A DNA stretch of 64,000 nucleotides from an uncultured Bryobacteraceae bacterium (GTDB lineage Bacteria; Acidobacteriota; Terriglobia; Bryobacterales; Bryobacteraceae), in NCBI GenBank assembly GCA_964248065.1, contig CAXTWQ010000002.1:52281-116280 (forward strand). The letters are read 5' to 3'. Shown here piece by piece: positions 19,071 to 29,325 of the stretch (the stretch's first letter is position 1; each line of letters starts with the position of its first letter). The notes under the pieces are model-generated. The model had not been told where the DNA came from, made no database searches, and saw only the letters and a list, made by a program, of their open reading frames with translations. A program made the translations under genes and the position numbers.

Positions 19071-20240
19071 TCACGCCGCCGGAGTATCTCCGGCAATGGG
19101 AGCCAGCAGGTTCATCGATTTTGCAAACCATGCTGCTAACAGACAACAAAGCACCACGATCCCGAGCGCATACCGCAACGTGATTGCCTCCGAAGCAAAG
19201 CCGATAACTGGCGGACCAACGATGAAACCGATATAGCCCAGCCCGGTAACAGTCGCGATTCCAGCGCCTGGGCTCACGCCGGTCACGCGCCCACCACCAC
19301 CAAAGATTAACGGAATGATCACCGAGAGTCCTATGCCGGTACCCGCGAATCCGGGTAGCGACCACAGTGCCGAGGGAGCTGCCAGCGCCCACACTAAACT
19401 TCCTGCCGCCACCAGACAACCGACCCGAACGGTTCGCATTGGTCCGAGCCGTGTAGTGATCAAATCGCCCAAGAATCGGAACAGAGCCATGGCTCCGGAA
19501 AAGATGGAGAAGCCCAGCGCCGCCAGTCCCCCTCCGGCCTTAAACTGCTGCCGTAGATAAACAGCAATCCAGTCAGCCATAGCGCCCTCGCTCAGCAGCA
19601 TGAGAAAGCCAATTGCACTCAGAGCGACAAGCACAATCGGGAGATTGCGAAGAGAGAGCCGGTGCTCCGACTCTTGTTCCCGTTGAGCGTCACCGATCAG
19701 TAACGGTGCTGTAGCAAGAACGCCCACGAGGCTCACTAATGAACCGCTAATGAAGTGAAGCAAAGGCGGAACGCCACGCGCGGCTAACAAGCCTCCGATT
19801 CCGGCACCAATCATGGCGCCCAAGCTGAACATGCCGTGGAAGCGCGACATAGTTGGCCTTCCCAGTTGACGCTCAACCTCCACCCCTTGCGCATTCATGG
19901 CCACATCCATTCCCGCGGCTAAGACACCGTATACGAATAAGGCCAGCGCCAGAGTCAGAGCACTGTGGGCCAGCCCGGGCGTGATCAGTGACAGGCAAAA
20001 AGCAATACTTGCCAAAATGCACATTAGCCTGCTGCCATATCTGCTCACCAAATACCCACTGAATGGAATGGTCAGCACCGCACCCACTGCTGAGCTCAGC
20101 AGTGTAAGGCCCAAGATTCCGTTAGTGAGATGAAGCGTGTTCTGCACTCCTGGAATGCGAGAGATCCAGGAGGCCACGACGATGCCGTGGATCAGAAACA
20201 ACAGCACTACGCCGTACCAGGCGCGATTGACTGCAGTCAT
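19071..20240 (-). CDS. MFS transporter
   Basis: Start taken at MTAVNRAWYGVVLLF. Its ATG shares one nucleotide with the TGA of the upstream GT39 gene. About 12 hydrophobic segments. Confidence 0.8.
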   Translation of the reverse strand: MTAVNRAWYGVVLLFLIHGIVVASWISRIPGVQNTLHLTNGILGLTLLSSAVGAVLTIPFSGYLVSRYGSRLMCILASIAFCLSLITPGLAHSALTLALALFVYGVLAAGMDVAMNAQGVEVERQLGRPTMSRFHGMFSLGAMIGAGIGGLLAARGVPPLLHFISGSLVSLVGVLATAPLLIGDAQREQESEHRLSLRNLPIVLVALSAIGFLMLLSEGAMADWIAVYLRQQFKAGGGLAALGFSIFSGAMALFRFLGDLITTRLGPMRTVRVGCLVAAGSLVWALAAPSALWSLPGFAGTGIGLSVIIPLIFGGGGRVTGVSPGAGIATVTGLGYIGFIVGPPVIGFASEAITLRYALGIVVLCCLLAAWFAKSMNLLAPIAGDTPAA

Positions 20241-21787
20241 CAAACCTTTATCGTCCGACGGCGGACATAGATCGTGATGCGCTGGCCGCGCGACTCCCAG
20301 CTGACCGCTTCGCTGAGGCCTAGAGCGGCACACTCCGCAGAAGAAATTTCAGGCTGCCATCCGTAGAATCGCGTCAGGAACTCACGGATGGAAGCAAACG
20401 CCAGGATGCCGTTTTGCGGAGACCATGTGCGGCTATAGACAACCAGCACGTCGAAATTTTCTGCGGGCAGCTTCTGAATAGATGGATATTGGAAATCGCC
20501 TGTTTCCAGCACGTGTAACGGCTTGGTAACGTACCCGAACTCAGTCCGCCGTAGCGCTGCCGTGTAGGGCCAAGCGGTGGCGATTCGCAAGTTTCCAAAC
20601 GAGTGCTGCAGCACTCCAGCAGCTACTTCCTGCAATCGAATGAAGTCCACCATAGCGAGATTGTTTTCGTAAGGAAACGGATACGGCGGGTTCCAATACA
20701 AACTGCCCAGCAGTCCTGCGGCCAGCAACAAAGTCGCAGCTAATTGCATTGCACGGCGCTGATACATGATTGCAACGCTGAATGCGATATAGAGAATCGG
20801 CAGCACCGGCATCAGGTACCGCTCCAGTTCAGCGCCTCCCAAAAACGAGACAAGAAGAGTAGTAGCTCCTGCAACGGCCAGCGTGATGCGCCATTCCTGA
20901 CCCCGGAAAAGCAGGATTCTTCTTGCAGATAGTACCAGCGCAACTGTGCCGATCCAACGGAACTCGGCCACGAACAAGTAATAAAGGCGGCGGGAAAGTG
21001 TTAGCAGTACCCGCACCGGATGAAGCGAGTAGTTCACGTTGTAATTGGCGAAACCGGGATCGCCAAGCCAGTGACCCGTGACGTGATGCAAGGCGACCAA
21101 CCACGCCGCAAGCAGAATGGCTGGAGCAGCAAAGTAAGAAGCGGTACGCCACTCTCTCCGCAGCGCCAGGACGATGAGGAAAATGACGGGCACTACCAAC
21201 CCGGTCTCCTTCGTCATCACCAAGACAGTACACGCAATGGCTGCCCATTCATAACGTTTGTCAAAGAACAGCAGCAGAGCCAGTAGCGTGAACACCATGG
21301 CCGGCATGTCCAGCTGCGCCATCATGCTTTGTGTATAGAACAGAGGCGAGACAAGCAGGAAGATCGGCGGCAGAAAGGCTGGCGCTCCTTGCGTACCCCG
21401 GCTTAACTTGATGGCAAGCAGGAACAGCAGCAGCAGGCCGACGCTGGCCATCAGCAACATAGCAATGCGCGTGATTGGAATGCTGTAACCAAACGCCTGG
21501 TAAAACAGCACCAGGTAACTCTCTACACCGGGAGGATGCACATTTGGCACAGCAGACCGGGCCACCCATGCTCCTTGCCGCAGCAGATCGAGCGCTGTTG
21601 GAACGAACTGACCGAGCTCATCCCAAAAGTACGGCAAGCTCAGCAGCGACAGGTGAATCGCAAAAAGCGGAACGGCAAAGATCAGATAAAAAATGAGGAG
21701 GAAGTATGGGCGTCGAGGCTTCCGCTGCGCTTCGGCCAGCGCAAACGGAGGCAGCTTTGGCATCGGCGGCCGGCTTTTCGTCGGCAT
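20240..21787 (-). CDS. GT-C fold membrane glycosyltransferase (family 39 / ArnT-PMT like)
   Basis: 515 aa, polytopic. N-terminal loop YFWDELGQFVPTALDLL, typical of this family. Confidence 0.7.
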   Translation of the reverse strand: MPTKSRPPMPKLPPFALAEAQRKPRRPYFLLIFYLIFAVPLFAIHLSLLSLPYFWDELGQFVPTALDLLRQGAWVARSAVPNVHPPGVESYLVLFYQAFGYSIPITRIAMLLMASVGLLLLFLLAIKLSRGTQGAPAFLPPIFLLVSPLFYTQSMMAQLDMPAMVFTLLALLLFFDKRYEWAAIACTVLVMTKETGLVVPVIFLIVLALRREWRTASYFAAPAILLAAWLVALHHVTGHWLGDPGFANYNVNYSLHPVRVLLTLSRRLYYLFVAEFRWIGTVALVLSARRILLFRGQEWRITLAVAGATTLLVSFLGGAELERYLMPVLPILYIAFSVAIMYQRRAMQLAATLLLAAGLLGSLYWNPPYPFPYENNLAMVDFIRLQEVAAGVLQHSFGNLRIATAWPYTAALRRTEFGYVTKPLHVLETGDFQYPSIQKLPAENFDVLVVYSRTWSPQNGILAFASIREFLTRFYGWQPEISSAECAALGLSEAVSWESRGQRITIYVRRRTIKV

Positions 21788-21793
21788 CCGTTG

Positions 21794-22090
21794 TTATTGA
21801 ATAACTTCGCCCTGCAGGTGCGGCTCCAGCTTAATCTCGCCGAAGGCTGCTTCATACTGCTGTAAGTTCTGCGCTAGCAGATTGGCAAGTGCTTTGGCCT
21901 GTGGCGGGCTCAGATAGATGCCTTGAAAGTTCTGAACGGTCAGTGCATCTACTGCTGTCTGGTTCACCGTGCCGAACAGAAGATAGAAGTCCCACAAGCT
22001 CACGCGCATCTGCACGCTGTTGGCATAGTTTTCCCGGAACTGTTCCGTATTAGTGAGTTGCAGTTTCGGCTGGGATTGAGCAGGACTCAT
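21794..22090 (-). CDS. DUF3467-family protein
   Basis: Start taken at MSPAQSQPKLQL. Core block FRENYANSVQMRVSLWDFYLLFG is typical of DUF3467. Confidence 0.65.
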   Translation of the reverse strand: MSPAQSQPKLQLTNTEQFRENYANSVQMRVSLWDFYLLFGTVNQTAVDALTVQNFQGIYLSPPQAKALANLLAQNLQQYEAAFGEIKLEPHLQGEVIQ

Positions 22091-22115
22091 CCCATTAGTA
22101 TCCACAAATGCCCAA

Positions 22116-22553
22116 TCAACCGGTGCTATCGATCGCAATTGAGCGGCGCAGGGCAAAGCGAAGGCAGAGATATACGAGCAAGCCTGCCGGTCCAAACAGA
22201 AACGTAAGCACCAGGCAGGGGATCACCAGGAAATGTGAGATTCGGTTGCGCACCGCATCCCGTACTTCCCAGCTTCCAACAAACAAGTCAAATGCCAAGT
22301 AGTGCACCCAGCCTGCCAGAAGCAGCCAGGGATCAGCGAACAGCGCAGCCACGCCTTCCAGCGTGCTGAAGTTGCCGTGGGATCCACCAAGGTGAGCCAA
22401 CAGCAGCACCACGTATAGCAGGGCCAGCAGCACCGGGACGATGATGCCGGTTACCAGCTCGGGAACTGCGCGCCTCCGTCCAAGTACGATCAGAAGCAAC
22501 CACGATAGAAGGCTGGCACTGTTGGCAATCTTGAACAGAGCTTGCGCGGTCAT
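22116..22553 (-). CDS. ABA4-like / DUF4281 membrane protein
   Basis: 145 aa, four hydrophobic segments, WVHYLAFDLFVGSW block. Start overlaps the stop of the upstream membrane gene. Confidence 0.6.
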   Translation of the reverse strand: MTAQALFKIANSASLLSWLLLIVLGRRRAVPELVTGIIVPVLLALLYVVLLLAHLGGSHGNFSTLEGVAALFADPWLLLAGWVHYLAFDLFVGSWEVRDAVRNRISHFLVIPCLVLTFLFGPAGLLVYLCLRFALRRSIAIDSTG

Positions 22554-23451
22554 AGCTGGACCAGCCGAACCGCCGCACTTGGCAGGCCCTGGCTATTCCG
22601 CACGAGCCTACTGAGGAGAAACGCCAACGCGCTTGCCGCAAACCACCCTACCAGCGCCGTCGTTGTCACCGCATCTGGCTCAGTGATCGACTGACCCCGC
22701 AAAGCCTGCCACTCCAGCAATGCCGCAAGTGAAACGTAACTGCCGGCGATTGTGGCCACCGTTCCAACTGGTGGTCTCCTCCTGCGCGCAAGAAGCCAGT
22801 ATGCGAGCGGAATCGCCTGCACGCCATGCAAGCCCATAAAGTGCGCAACGCGGAGATCTCCGTGGTCGCGACTCCAGCCTGTGCCGGCTATTCCCGGGCC
22901 TCCGTCCGGTGCACCCACTGTATGTGCCCGATGATGTGTGTCGAGTTAGCTGTTTTTGGATTTATCATTGCGCCGCCTAGAGCCGACCCTAGTACCGTAA
23001 TCAACATGCCAAACCGCAACGCCCACCCGAACGACTTATTGCTGAAAGGCTGTCTCAGTAGTGCAACAAACACTCCCGCGCTTGCCATCCAGAGAATCGC
23101 AATTGAAACGCCCATAATGGCGAACAAGGTCGCGTTCAGTGGGGTGGTGAGGTTGAAATGGCTAGTGGTGCCCCGCCACGCTTGCAGGTCAATGATGATG
23201 ATCTCAATCACCAGTGCGCCTGCAGTCAGGTCGCCCGCCAGCTTGGTGAATCGTGGCCAGACATCGACTTTTTGTAATACCCAGGCCAGCGTTCCCCCAT
23301 AGATCGCCGTCGAGATAGCGAATTTAGCCGGCTTCAACCATGCGGGTACGCCCGTGATCATCCGGTGGTCCGTCACCAGTCCTAGAAGGTTGACTAGGAA
23401 CACCCCCAACATCAGCAATGCGGTAGCCGTCAGCCCTCGATGCAGTTTCAT
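22550..23451 (-). pseudogene. Conserved polytopic membrane protein split into two overlapping ORFs by one frameshift (or a sequencing error)
   Basis: ORF 22888..23451 ends ...INPKTANSTHIIGHIQWVHRTEARE. ORF 22550..22918 continues in another frame as (A)HTVGAPDGGPGIAGTGWSRDHGDLRVAHFMGLHG. Adding one G to the GGG run (CCC at 22927-22929 on +) gives the continuous ...THIIGAHTVGAPDGG.... Confidence 0.6.
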
Positions 23452-23460
23452 TGATCGTCT

Positions 23461-23483
23461 CCTTGTTGACTATGTCAACAAGG
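23461..23483. promoter_or_regulatory. Perfect 10-bp-arm palindrome, candidate TetR operator
   Basis: CCTTGTTGAC-tat-GTCAACAAGG lies in the 42-bp divergent intergenic region between the membrane gene and the TetR gene. An extra GTCAACA half-site sits at about 23505. Confidence 0.55.
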
Positions 23484-23493
23484 TACACTGGAG

Positions 23494-24141
23494 ATGTTTA
23501 CTGTGTCAACACAAAAATTGGCGCCATCGAAAGTTTCTAAAAGGCATGCTCCGTATCATCACGGAAGCCCTAGGCAGTCGTTGATCGATGTTGGCCTGCA
23601 ACTTATTGCCGAAAGTGGAGTGCGCGCTCTAACACTTCGTGAAATCGGCAATCGGCTGGGCGTTTCCAGAATGGCCCCGTATCGGCATTTCAAAGACAAA
23701 GGAGCGCTACTGGCGGCCATCACGACGGCGGGCTTTACAAAGTTTGGGGAAGCATTGCGGTCGGCGCGTGACAGTGCCGGCCCAGATTGGGAAGCGCAGG
23801 CTAACGCTCTGGCCGTTGCTTATGTCCGGTTCGCGCGTGAAAACAAGGCCCACTTCGAGGTCATGTTCGGCGGAGGCGGGGAGCCGCAGTATCTCGATGA
23901 GGCAGGTATTGCTGTAGCTGAAGCTTCTTTTGGCGTCTTGGAAGCACTGGTACGAGACGGGCAGGAATCTGGAAATGTAGTGGAAGGCGACCCAACATTG
24001 CTTGCGCAAATGATTTGGGCAACCGTGCACGGCATTAGCACGCTCGGACTCGGCATCCCTCAGGATTGCAGTCCGGAACAACCCGACTTCGTCTTATACT
24101 GTGCAGAACTACTTCGAACAGGCCTACGGCCCAGAGATTAG
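23494..24141 (+). CDS. TetR/AcrR family transcriptional regulator
   Basis: HTH block LTLREIGNRLGVSRMAPYRHFKDKGALLAAI. Confidence 0.85.
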   Translation: MFTVSTQKLAPSKVSKRHAPYHHGSPRQSLIDVGLQLIAESGVRALTLREIGNRLGVSRMAPYRHFKDKGALLAAITTAGFTKFGEALRSARDSAGPDWEAQANALAVAYVRFARENKAHFEVMFGGGGEPQYLDEAGIAVAEASFGVLEALVRDGQESGNVVEGDPTLLAQMIWATVHGISTLGLGIPQDCSPEQPDFVLYCAELLRTGLRPRD

Positions 24142-24169
24142 TGGCCGAGGATGTCAGAAGTGGAATGAA

Positions 24170-24246
24170 TGGCGGGGACGACGGGGCTCGAACCCGCGAC
24201 CTTCGACGTGACAGGCCGACGCTCTAACCAACTGAGCTACGTCCCC
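24170..24246 (-). tRNA. tRNA-Asp (anticodon GTC), CCA encoded
   Basis: Folded by hand. Acceptor GGGGACG/CGTCCCC; D arm GCTC-AGTTGGTTA-GAGC; anticodon arm TCGGC-CTGTCAC-GTCGA; T arm GCGGG-TTCGAGC-CCCGT; discriminator G plus CCA. 77 nt. Confidence 0.9.
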
Positions 24247-24378
24247 GCGACGAGTAAACGTCACCAGTAGGTTAGCATGAGGCGCAAGACTCGTCAGCTT
24301 CCAGGATGTCCGAATCCTGAGCCTTATGACTTCTTAAGCCGGGCCTCGCTATCGTTATCGGTGGTAGAGGCATCAACC

Positions 24379-24462
24379 ATGGCTGACCTGATATTTATTC
24401 TGATTGCGCTGGCGTTCTTCACTGGCTGCTGGGCATTTACGAAAGGCTGCGACCAACTCTAA
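24379..24462 (+). CDS. Candidate 27-aa single-TM micropeptide upstream of kdpF
   Basis: ATG preceded by GGTAGAGG. Encodes MADLIFILIALAFFTGCWAFTKGCDQL, the same length as KdpF and same strand, ending 19 nt before kdpF. Confidence 0.35.
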   Translation: MADLIFILIALAFFTGCWAFTKGCDQL

Positions 24463-24481
24463 GGGTTGCTATTCCAACGGT

Positions 24482-24565
24482 ATGGACTTCATTATTGGCG
24501 GCGCGACGACGCTCCTTCTTCTCATCTATCTCGTTTACGCGCTATTGAAACCGGAAAAGTTCTAA
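24482..24565 (+). CDS. kdpF: K+-transporting ATPase subunit F
   Basis: MDFIIGGATTLLLLIYLVYALLKPEKF matches the KdpF pattern (LLxxYLxYALLxPExF). Below the 60-aa cutoff of the ORF track. Confidence 0.8.
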   Translation: MDFIIGGATTLLLLIYLVYALLKPEKF

Positions 24566-24580
24566 GTCTGACTGACTGTT

Positions 24581-26407
24581 ATGACTCAAAACGGAATTCT
24601 TCAGATCGTCATTTTCTTTCTTATAATCCTGGCCATTACAAAGCCGCTGGGGCTGTTCATGGCCCGACTCTTTGACGGTCAGCGCACGTTCCTCCATCCG
24701 ATTCTCCGGCCTTTCGAAGCGCTAACGTACAAATTGGTCGGCGTCAAAGAGGCAACCGAACAGCGCTGGAGCCAGTACGCAGCCTCGCTACTAGCGTTCA
24801 GCATCTTTTGTTTTCTCTTTACTTACGCATTGCAGCGTCTGCAGGCTTTCCTGCCCTTCAACCCGCAAGGCTTCGGCAATGCCCAAGTTACTCCGGATCT
24901 TGCCTTCAACACCGCTGTTAGCTTCTTATCGAACACGAACTGGCAGGCTTACTCAGGCGAGTCCACACTCAGCTACCTGGTTCAGATGAGTGCCTTAACA
25001 GTGCAGAACTTCGCATCTGCTGCCGCCGGCATTGCGATTGCTATTGCTATTTCTCGCGGCTTTGCGCGTCAGCAGGTCAATGGGCTCGGCAACTTCTGGG
25101 TCGATCTTACACGCGCTACTTTGTATATCTTGTTGCCTGCCAGCATTATTCTGGCGCTCATTTTCTGCTCGCAAGGCGTCATTCAGAACTTTCATCCGTA
25201 CACCGTCGCTAAGACTTTGGAAGGTGCGACTCAGACCATTGCGCAAGGGCCTATCGCTTCTCAGGAAGCCATCAAGATGATTGGCACCAACGGCGGCGGT
25301 TTTTTCAACGCCAACTCGGCCCATCCATTTGAGAATCCGACGCCGCTGATTAACTTTCTGCAGATCCTTTGCATCTTCATCATTCCTGCTGGCCTCATTT
25401 ACACGTTCGGCGTAATGGTGGGAGACCGCCGTCAGGGTTGGGCTATTTTTTCCGCCTGTTCGGTCATGTTTCTGATTGGGGTTTTCGTCTGCTACTGGGC
25501 CGAAGCCAAAGGCAATCCTGTGATGGAAAAGTCAGGGGTGCAGACAATTGCAACGGCTACTCAAAGCGGTGGCAATATGGAAGGCAAGGAAACGCGATTC
25601 GGCATTGCCGCTACTGCGCTGTTTGCTACCGTCACCACGGACGCAAGCTGCGGAGCGGTGAACGGAATGCACGATAGTTTCACCCCGCTCGGTGGTCTGG
25701 TTCCTTTGTTCAACATGGAAACGGGCGAGGTGATTTTTGGAGGTGTCGGGGCCGGGCTGTACGGCATTCTCCTTTACGTCATTCTTGCCGTTTTCATAGC
25801 CGGCCTGATGGTTGGCCGCACGCCCGAATACCTGGGCAAGAAGATCGAGGGAAAAGAAGTGAAAATGGCAATGTTGGCTTTGATCGCCACCGCCTTTGCC
25901 ACCCTGGTTCTCTCTGCTGCTAGCGCCGTCATACATTTTCCTGCTCCTACGAAGGACGCCAAAGGACAGCCGGTGCCCCAGAGCTATTGGAACCCACCAG
26001 GGCCTGCTACCGCGAATCTGACTAATCCCGGGCCGCATGGCTTTAGCGAAAATCTGTACGCCTATACCAGCGCCACTGCCAACAATGGCAGCGCCTTCGG
26101 TGGAATTAGCCCCAACACACCTTGGTACAACCTCACGCTCGGTCTTGCCATGCTGATTGGTCGATTCCTATTTCTCATTCCGCTCCTGGCTGCAGCCGGC
26201 AACCTGGCACTGAAGAAGAAAGTCGCTGCTACTAGCGGCACCTTCCCCACTCACGGACCTTTGTTTGTCGGCCTGCTTGTCGGAACGGTGGTGCTGGTCG
26301 GAGCCCTTACTTTCTTCCCGGCTCTGGCACTCGGCCCCATTGTCGAACACTTTTTGCTACAGGATGGAAAGCTGCTTTCCGTCCTTCTCTTCCCTCTCTG
26401 GAGCTAA
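24581..26407 (+). CDS. kdpA: K+-transporting ATPase subunit A
   Basis: 608 aa, polytopic, typical KdpA N-terminus ([26 protein letters not shown]), followed by kdpB. Confidence 0.9.
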   Translation: MTQNGILQIVIFFLIILAITKPLGLFMARLFDGQRTFLHPILRPFEALTYKLVGVKEATEQRWSQYAASLLAFSIFCFLFTYALQRLQAFLPFNPQGFGNAQVTPDLAFNTAVSFLSNTNWQAYSGESTLSYLVQMSALTVQNFASAAAGIAIAIAISRGFARQQVNGLGNFWVDLTRATLYILLPASIILALIFCSQGVIQNFHPYTVAKTLEGATQTIAQGPIASQEAIKMIGTNGGGFFNANSAHPFENPTPLINFLQILCIFIIPAGLIYTFGVMVGDRRQGWAIFSACSVMFLIGVFVCYWAEAKGNPVMEKSGVQTIATATQSGGNMEGKETRFGIAATALFATVTTDASCGAVNGMHDSFTPLGGLVPLFNMETGEVIFGGVGAGLYGILLYVILAVFIAGLMVGRTPEYLGKKIEGKEVKMAMLALIATAFATLVLSAASAVIHFPAPTKDAKGQPVPQSYWNPPGPATANLTNPGPHGFSENLYAYTSATANNGSAFGGISPNTPWYNLTLGLAMLIGRFLFLIPLLAAAGNLALKKKVAATSGTFPTHGPLFVGLLVGTVVLVGALTFFPALALGPIVEHFLLQDGKLLSVLLFPLWS

Positions 26408-26411
26408 CTAG

Positions 26412-28544
26412 ATGGCGACCGCAACTGAACCTCGAAAGCCAGTAACACCCCCTGCTGAAAGCAGCCCGTCTTCTTCCGTTCTTCCGTCTAAGCTAAGCCG
26501 GTCGCGCCCTCTGTTCGATGGTGAGATTCTTCGGCGCGCTCTTCGCGACTGCGTCGTTAAGCTTAATCCGCTGACGCTCGCCAAGAACCCGGTCATCTTT
26601 GTAGTGGAGATTGCCGCCGCCCTGGTGACGCTGTTTCTGGTCCGTGATCTTTTCACCGGTGCCGGACGCCGCGGCTTCGAGATCCAAATTGCTATCTGGC
26701 TTTGGTTCACCGTGCTCTTCGCCAATTTCGCTGAAGCCATGGCGGAAGCTCGCGGCAAGGCGCAGGCAGATACTTTGCGCAAGACCAAAACCGATTCCAT
26801 CGCCAAGAAAATCGGCAGCAACGGAAAGATTGAAAGTGTCCCAGCCTCCAAACTCAGGTCTGGCGACACCGTTATCGCTGAAGCCGGCGACCTGATTCCT
26901 GGCGACGGCGAAGTAATCGACGGCATTGCCACGGTGGATGAATCGGTCATTACGGGCGAGAGCGCGCCGGTGATTCGCGAATCCGGCGGCGATCGTAGTG
27001 CTGTCACCGGCGGCACAAAAGTTCTGTCAGACCAGGTGAAGATCCGCATCACCTCGAACCCGGGCGAGACTTTTCTAGACCGCATGATCGCGCTGGTGGA
27101 AGGTGCCGAACGGCAGAAGACACCGAATGAAATCGCCCTCAATATCCTTATCGCGGGCCTGACTCTCATCTTCCTGCTCGCCGTTGCTACGCTCCATCCG
27201 TTTGCCATGTATGCGGTGGCTTCGGCCGGAACCGGAACCGTGCCCACAGTGGCTGTCCTGGTTTCGCTGCTGGTCTGTCTCATTCCCACCACCATTGGTG
27301 GCCTGCTGTCTGCGATCGGCATTGCAGGCATGGATCGCGTGATGCAGCACAATGTTCTAGCCATGAGCGGTAAAGCCGTTGAAGCTTCAGGCGACGTCAA
27401 CACGCTGCTGCTCGACAAGACCGGCACGATCACGCTGGGCAATCGCGAAGCTGTTGAATTTATCGCCTTCCCGGGCGTTGACGATCGCGACCTGGCTGAC
27501 GCTGCACAGCTCTCAAGCCTCGCCGACGAGACACCTGAAGGCCGTTCGGTAGTCATCCTCGCCAAAGAGAAATATGGTATGCGCGGCCGTGAAATCTCTG
27601 AGCGCGAAGCCAACTTCATCCCATTCTCTGCCTACACCCGAATGAGCGGCGTCGACATTGATGGCCGTATGTTGCGCAAAGGTGCGAGCGGTTCCATCGC
27701 CAACTTCGTTAAGGATCTGGGGGGTACTCTACCGGCCGGCTTTGAAGAGCAGTCGGACAAGATCGCACGCCTCGGCGGCACGCCGCTCGCTGTGGCCGAT
27801 GGTCCTCGGGCGTTAGGCATCATCTATCTCAAAGACATTGTGAAAGGCGGCATGAAGGAGCGCATCGGCCAATTGCGCGCCATGGGTATTCGGTCAGTCA
27901 TGATCACAGGTGACAATCCGCTGACCGCTGCTGCCATTGCCGGGGAAGCTGGCGTGGACGATTTTCTGGCGCAAGCCACACCCGCTGACAAACTCGCCTA
28001 CATTAAGCGCGAACAGGCAGAAGGCCGCCTGGTTGCAATGACAGGCGATGGCACCAACGACGCTCCGGCACTTGCGCAGGCAGACGTCGGGCTTGCAATG
28101 AACACCGGCACCATGGCTGCAAAAGAAGCCGGCAACATGGTGGATCTTGACAGCAATCCTACTAAGCTTATTGAGGTCGTTGCTATTGGAAAGCAGCTGC
28201 TGATTACGCGCGGATCGCTGACCACGTTTTCTATCGCCAACGATGTCGCCAAGTACTTTGCCATCATCCCGGCCATGTTCATGGCAACATACCCGGCGCT
28301 CGGGCAATTCAACATCATGCACCTGCACACAGCCGAAAGTGCGGTGCTCTCTGCAGTTATCTTTAATGCTCTCATCATCATCGTGTTGGTACCGCTCGCC
28401 CTGAGAGGCGTGAAGTACCGGCCCGTGGGAGCAGCTGCGCTACTACGCCGCAACATCCTCGTCTATGGTGTCGGCGGCATGATCGTCCCATTCCCCGGTA
28501 TTTGGTTGATTGACCAGATCTTGTCTATTCTGCACTTGGCCTAG
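26412..28544 (+). CDS. kdpB: K+-transporting P-type ATPase subunit B
   Basis: DKTGTIT phosphorylation motif, TGDN and [10 protein letters not shown] hinge motifs. Confidence 0.95.
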   Translation: MATATEPRKPVTPPAESSPSSSVLPSKLSRSRPLFDGEILRRALRDCVVKLNPLTLAKNPVIFVVEIAAALVTLFLVRDLFTGAGRRGFEIQIAIWLWFTVLFANFAEAMAEARGKAQADTLRKTKTDSIAKKIGSNGKIESVPASKLRSGDTVIAEAGDLIPGDGEVIDGIATVDESVITGESAPVIRESGGDRSAVTGGTKVLSDQVKIRITSNPGETFLDRMIALVEGAERQKTPNEIALNILIAGLTLIFLLAVATLHPFAMYAVASAGTGTVPTVAVLVSLLVCLIPTTIGGLLSAIGIAGMDRVMQHNVLAMSGKAVEASGDVNTLLLDKTGTITLGNREAVEFIAFPGVDDRDLADAAQLSSLADETPEGRSVVILAKEKYGMRGREISEREANFIPFSAYTRMSGVDIDGRMLRKGASGSIANFVKDLGGTLPAGFEEQSDKIARLGGTPLAVADGPRALGIIYLKDIVKGGMKERIGQLRAMGIRSVMITGDNPLTAAAIAGEAGVDDFLAQATPADKLAYIKREQAEGRLVAMTGDGTNDAPALAQADVGLAMNTGTMAAKEAGNMVDLDSNPTKLIEVVAIGKQLLITRGSLTTFSIANDVAKYFAIIPAMFMATYPALGQFNIMHLHTAESAVLSAVIFNALIIIVLVPLALRGVKYRPVGAAALLRRNILVYGVGGMIVPFPGIWLIDQILSILHLA

Positions 28545-28565
28545 CACTCGTCCATAAGGAATCAT

Positions 28566-29141
28566 ATGCTTCAACAACTAATGCCCGCGTTTCGCATTAC
28601 CGTCCTACTTATAGTGTTGACGGGCGTGCTCTATCCTGCCTTCATTACGGGCGCATGTCAGCTCCTTTTCCGTCACCAGGCGAATGGCAGCTTGATCATG
28701 AAGAACAACCAAGTGATCGGCTCTAAGTTGCTTGGGCAGAACTTTACGCGTCCGGAATACTTTCACCCTCGTCCTTCCGCTGCCGGTGCTAACGGGTACG
28801 ATCCCACTGCGTCCGGAGGTTCCAATCTGGGGCCTACTAACAAGAAGCTGATCGACCGCGTTGCAGCGTCAGCCGAGCAGTTCAGGAAAGAGAACGGCAA
28901 TTATCAAGGGCCCATTCCCGCCGATGCGCTCACCGCGTCCGGCAGCGGTCTTGATCCTCATATCAGCCTTGCTAATGCCGAAATCCAAATCCCTCGTGTC
29001 GCACAGGCTCGCAAGCGCGACGAGGCAAGTATTCGCAGTCTGGTCGCTGCTGCCACCGAGCAACGTGACCTTGGCTTTCTTGGCGAGCCACGCGTTAATG
29101 TCCTGCTTCTTAATCTGAAGCTCGACGGCGCGAATCAATAA
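28566..29141 (+). CDS. kdpC: K+-transporting ATPase subunit C
   Basis: 191 aa. N-terminal TM helix, blocks SGGSNLGPTN and SGSGLDPHIS. Confidence 0.9.
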   Translation: MLQQLMPAFRITVLLIVLTGVLYPAFITGACQLLFRHQANGSLIMKNNQVIGSKLLGQNFTRPEYFHPRPSAAGANGYDPTASGGSNLGPTNKKLIDRVAASAEQFRKENGNYQGPIPADALTASGSGLDPHISLANAEIQIPRVAQARKRDEASIRSLVAAATEQRDLGFLGEPRVNVLLLNLKLDGANQ

Positions 29142-29151
29142 ACTTCCTCTC

Positions 29152-29189
29152 AGGTTCCGCATGCCACACTCACGTCGAGTGCGGAACCT
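29152..29189 (+). other. Stem-loop with perfect 10-bp arms directly after kdpC
   Basis: AGGTTCCGCA-(18 nt)-TGCGGAACCT begins 11 nt after the kdpC stop. No U-tract follows, so it is not a canonical intrinsic terminator. Confidence 0.4.
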
Positions 29190-29325
29190 GACTTCACCAA
29201 AGCTTCCTGCTGTGAGTATCCTTGTAAACAGATTCGGGGACACTGCAAGTATATGGAGTGGGCAACTTTCGTAGATATCGCTCCTATCTCAACTGCACCG
29301 TAGTCACGCCTTCGCTGTTCCCCGT

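Noticed and set aside
24247-24378. Possible c-di-AMP (ydaO-type) riboswitch upstream of the kdp operon (CCGAATCC, GCTAACC-like strings)
   Set aside because: The matching strings are short and isolated, and one is on the wrong strand. No pseudo-two-fold architecture could be traced.
24466-24675. 69-aa ORF spanning the kdpF region in another frame
   Set aside because: The 27-aa frame starting at 24482 gives a canonical KdpF sequence. The 69-aa product is Arg/Ser-rich and overlaps the kdpA start.
26408-27619. 403-aa ORF antisense to kdpB
   Set aside because: It lies entirely inside the well-supported kdpB frame. Its product is Ser/Arg/Ala/Pro-rich low-complexity sequence, typical of antisense frames in GC-rich genes.
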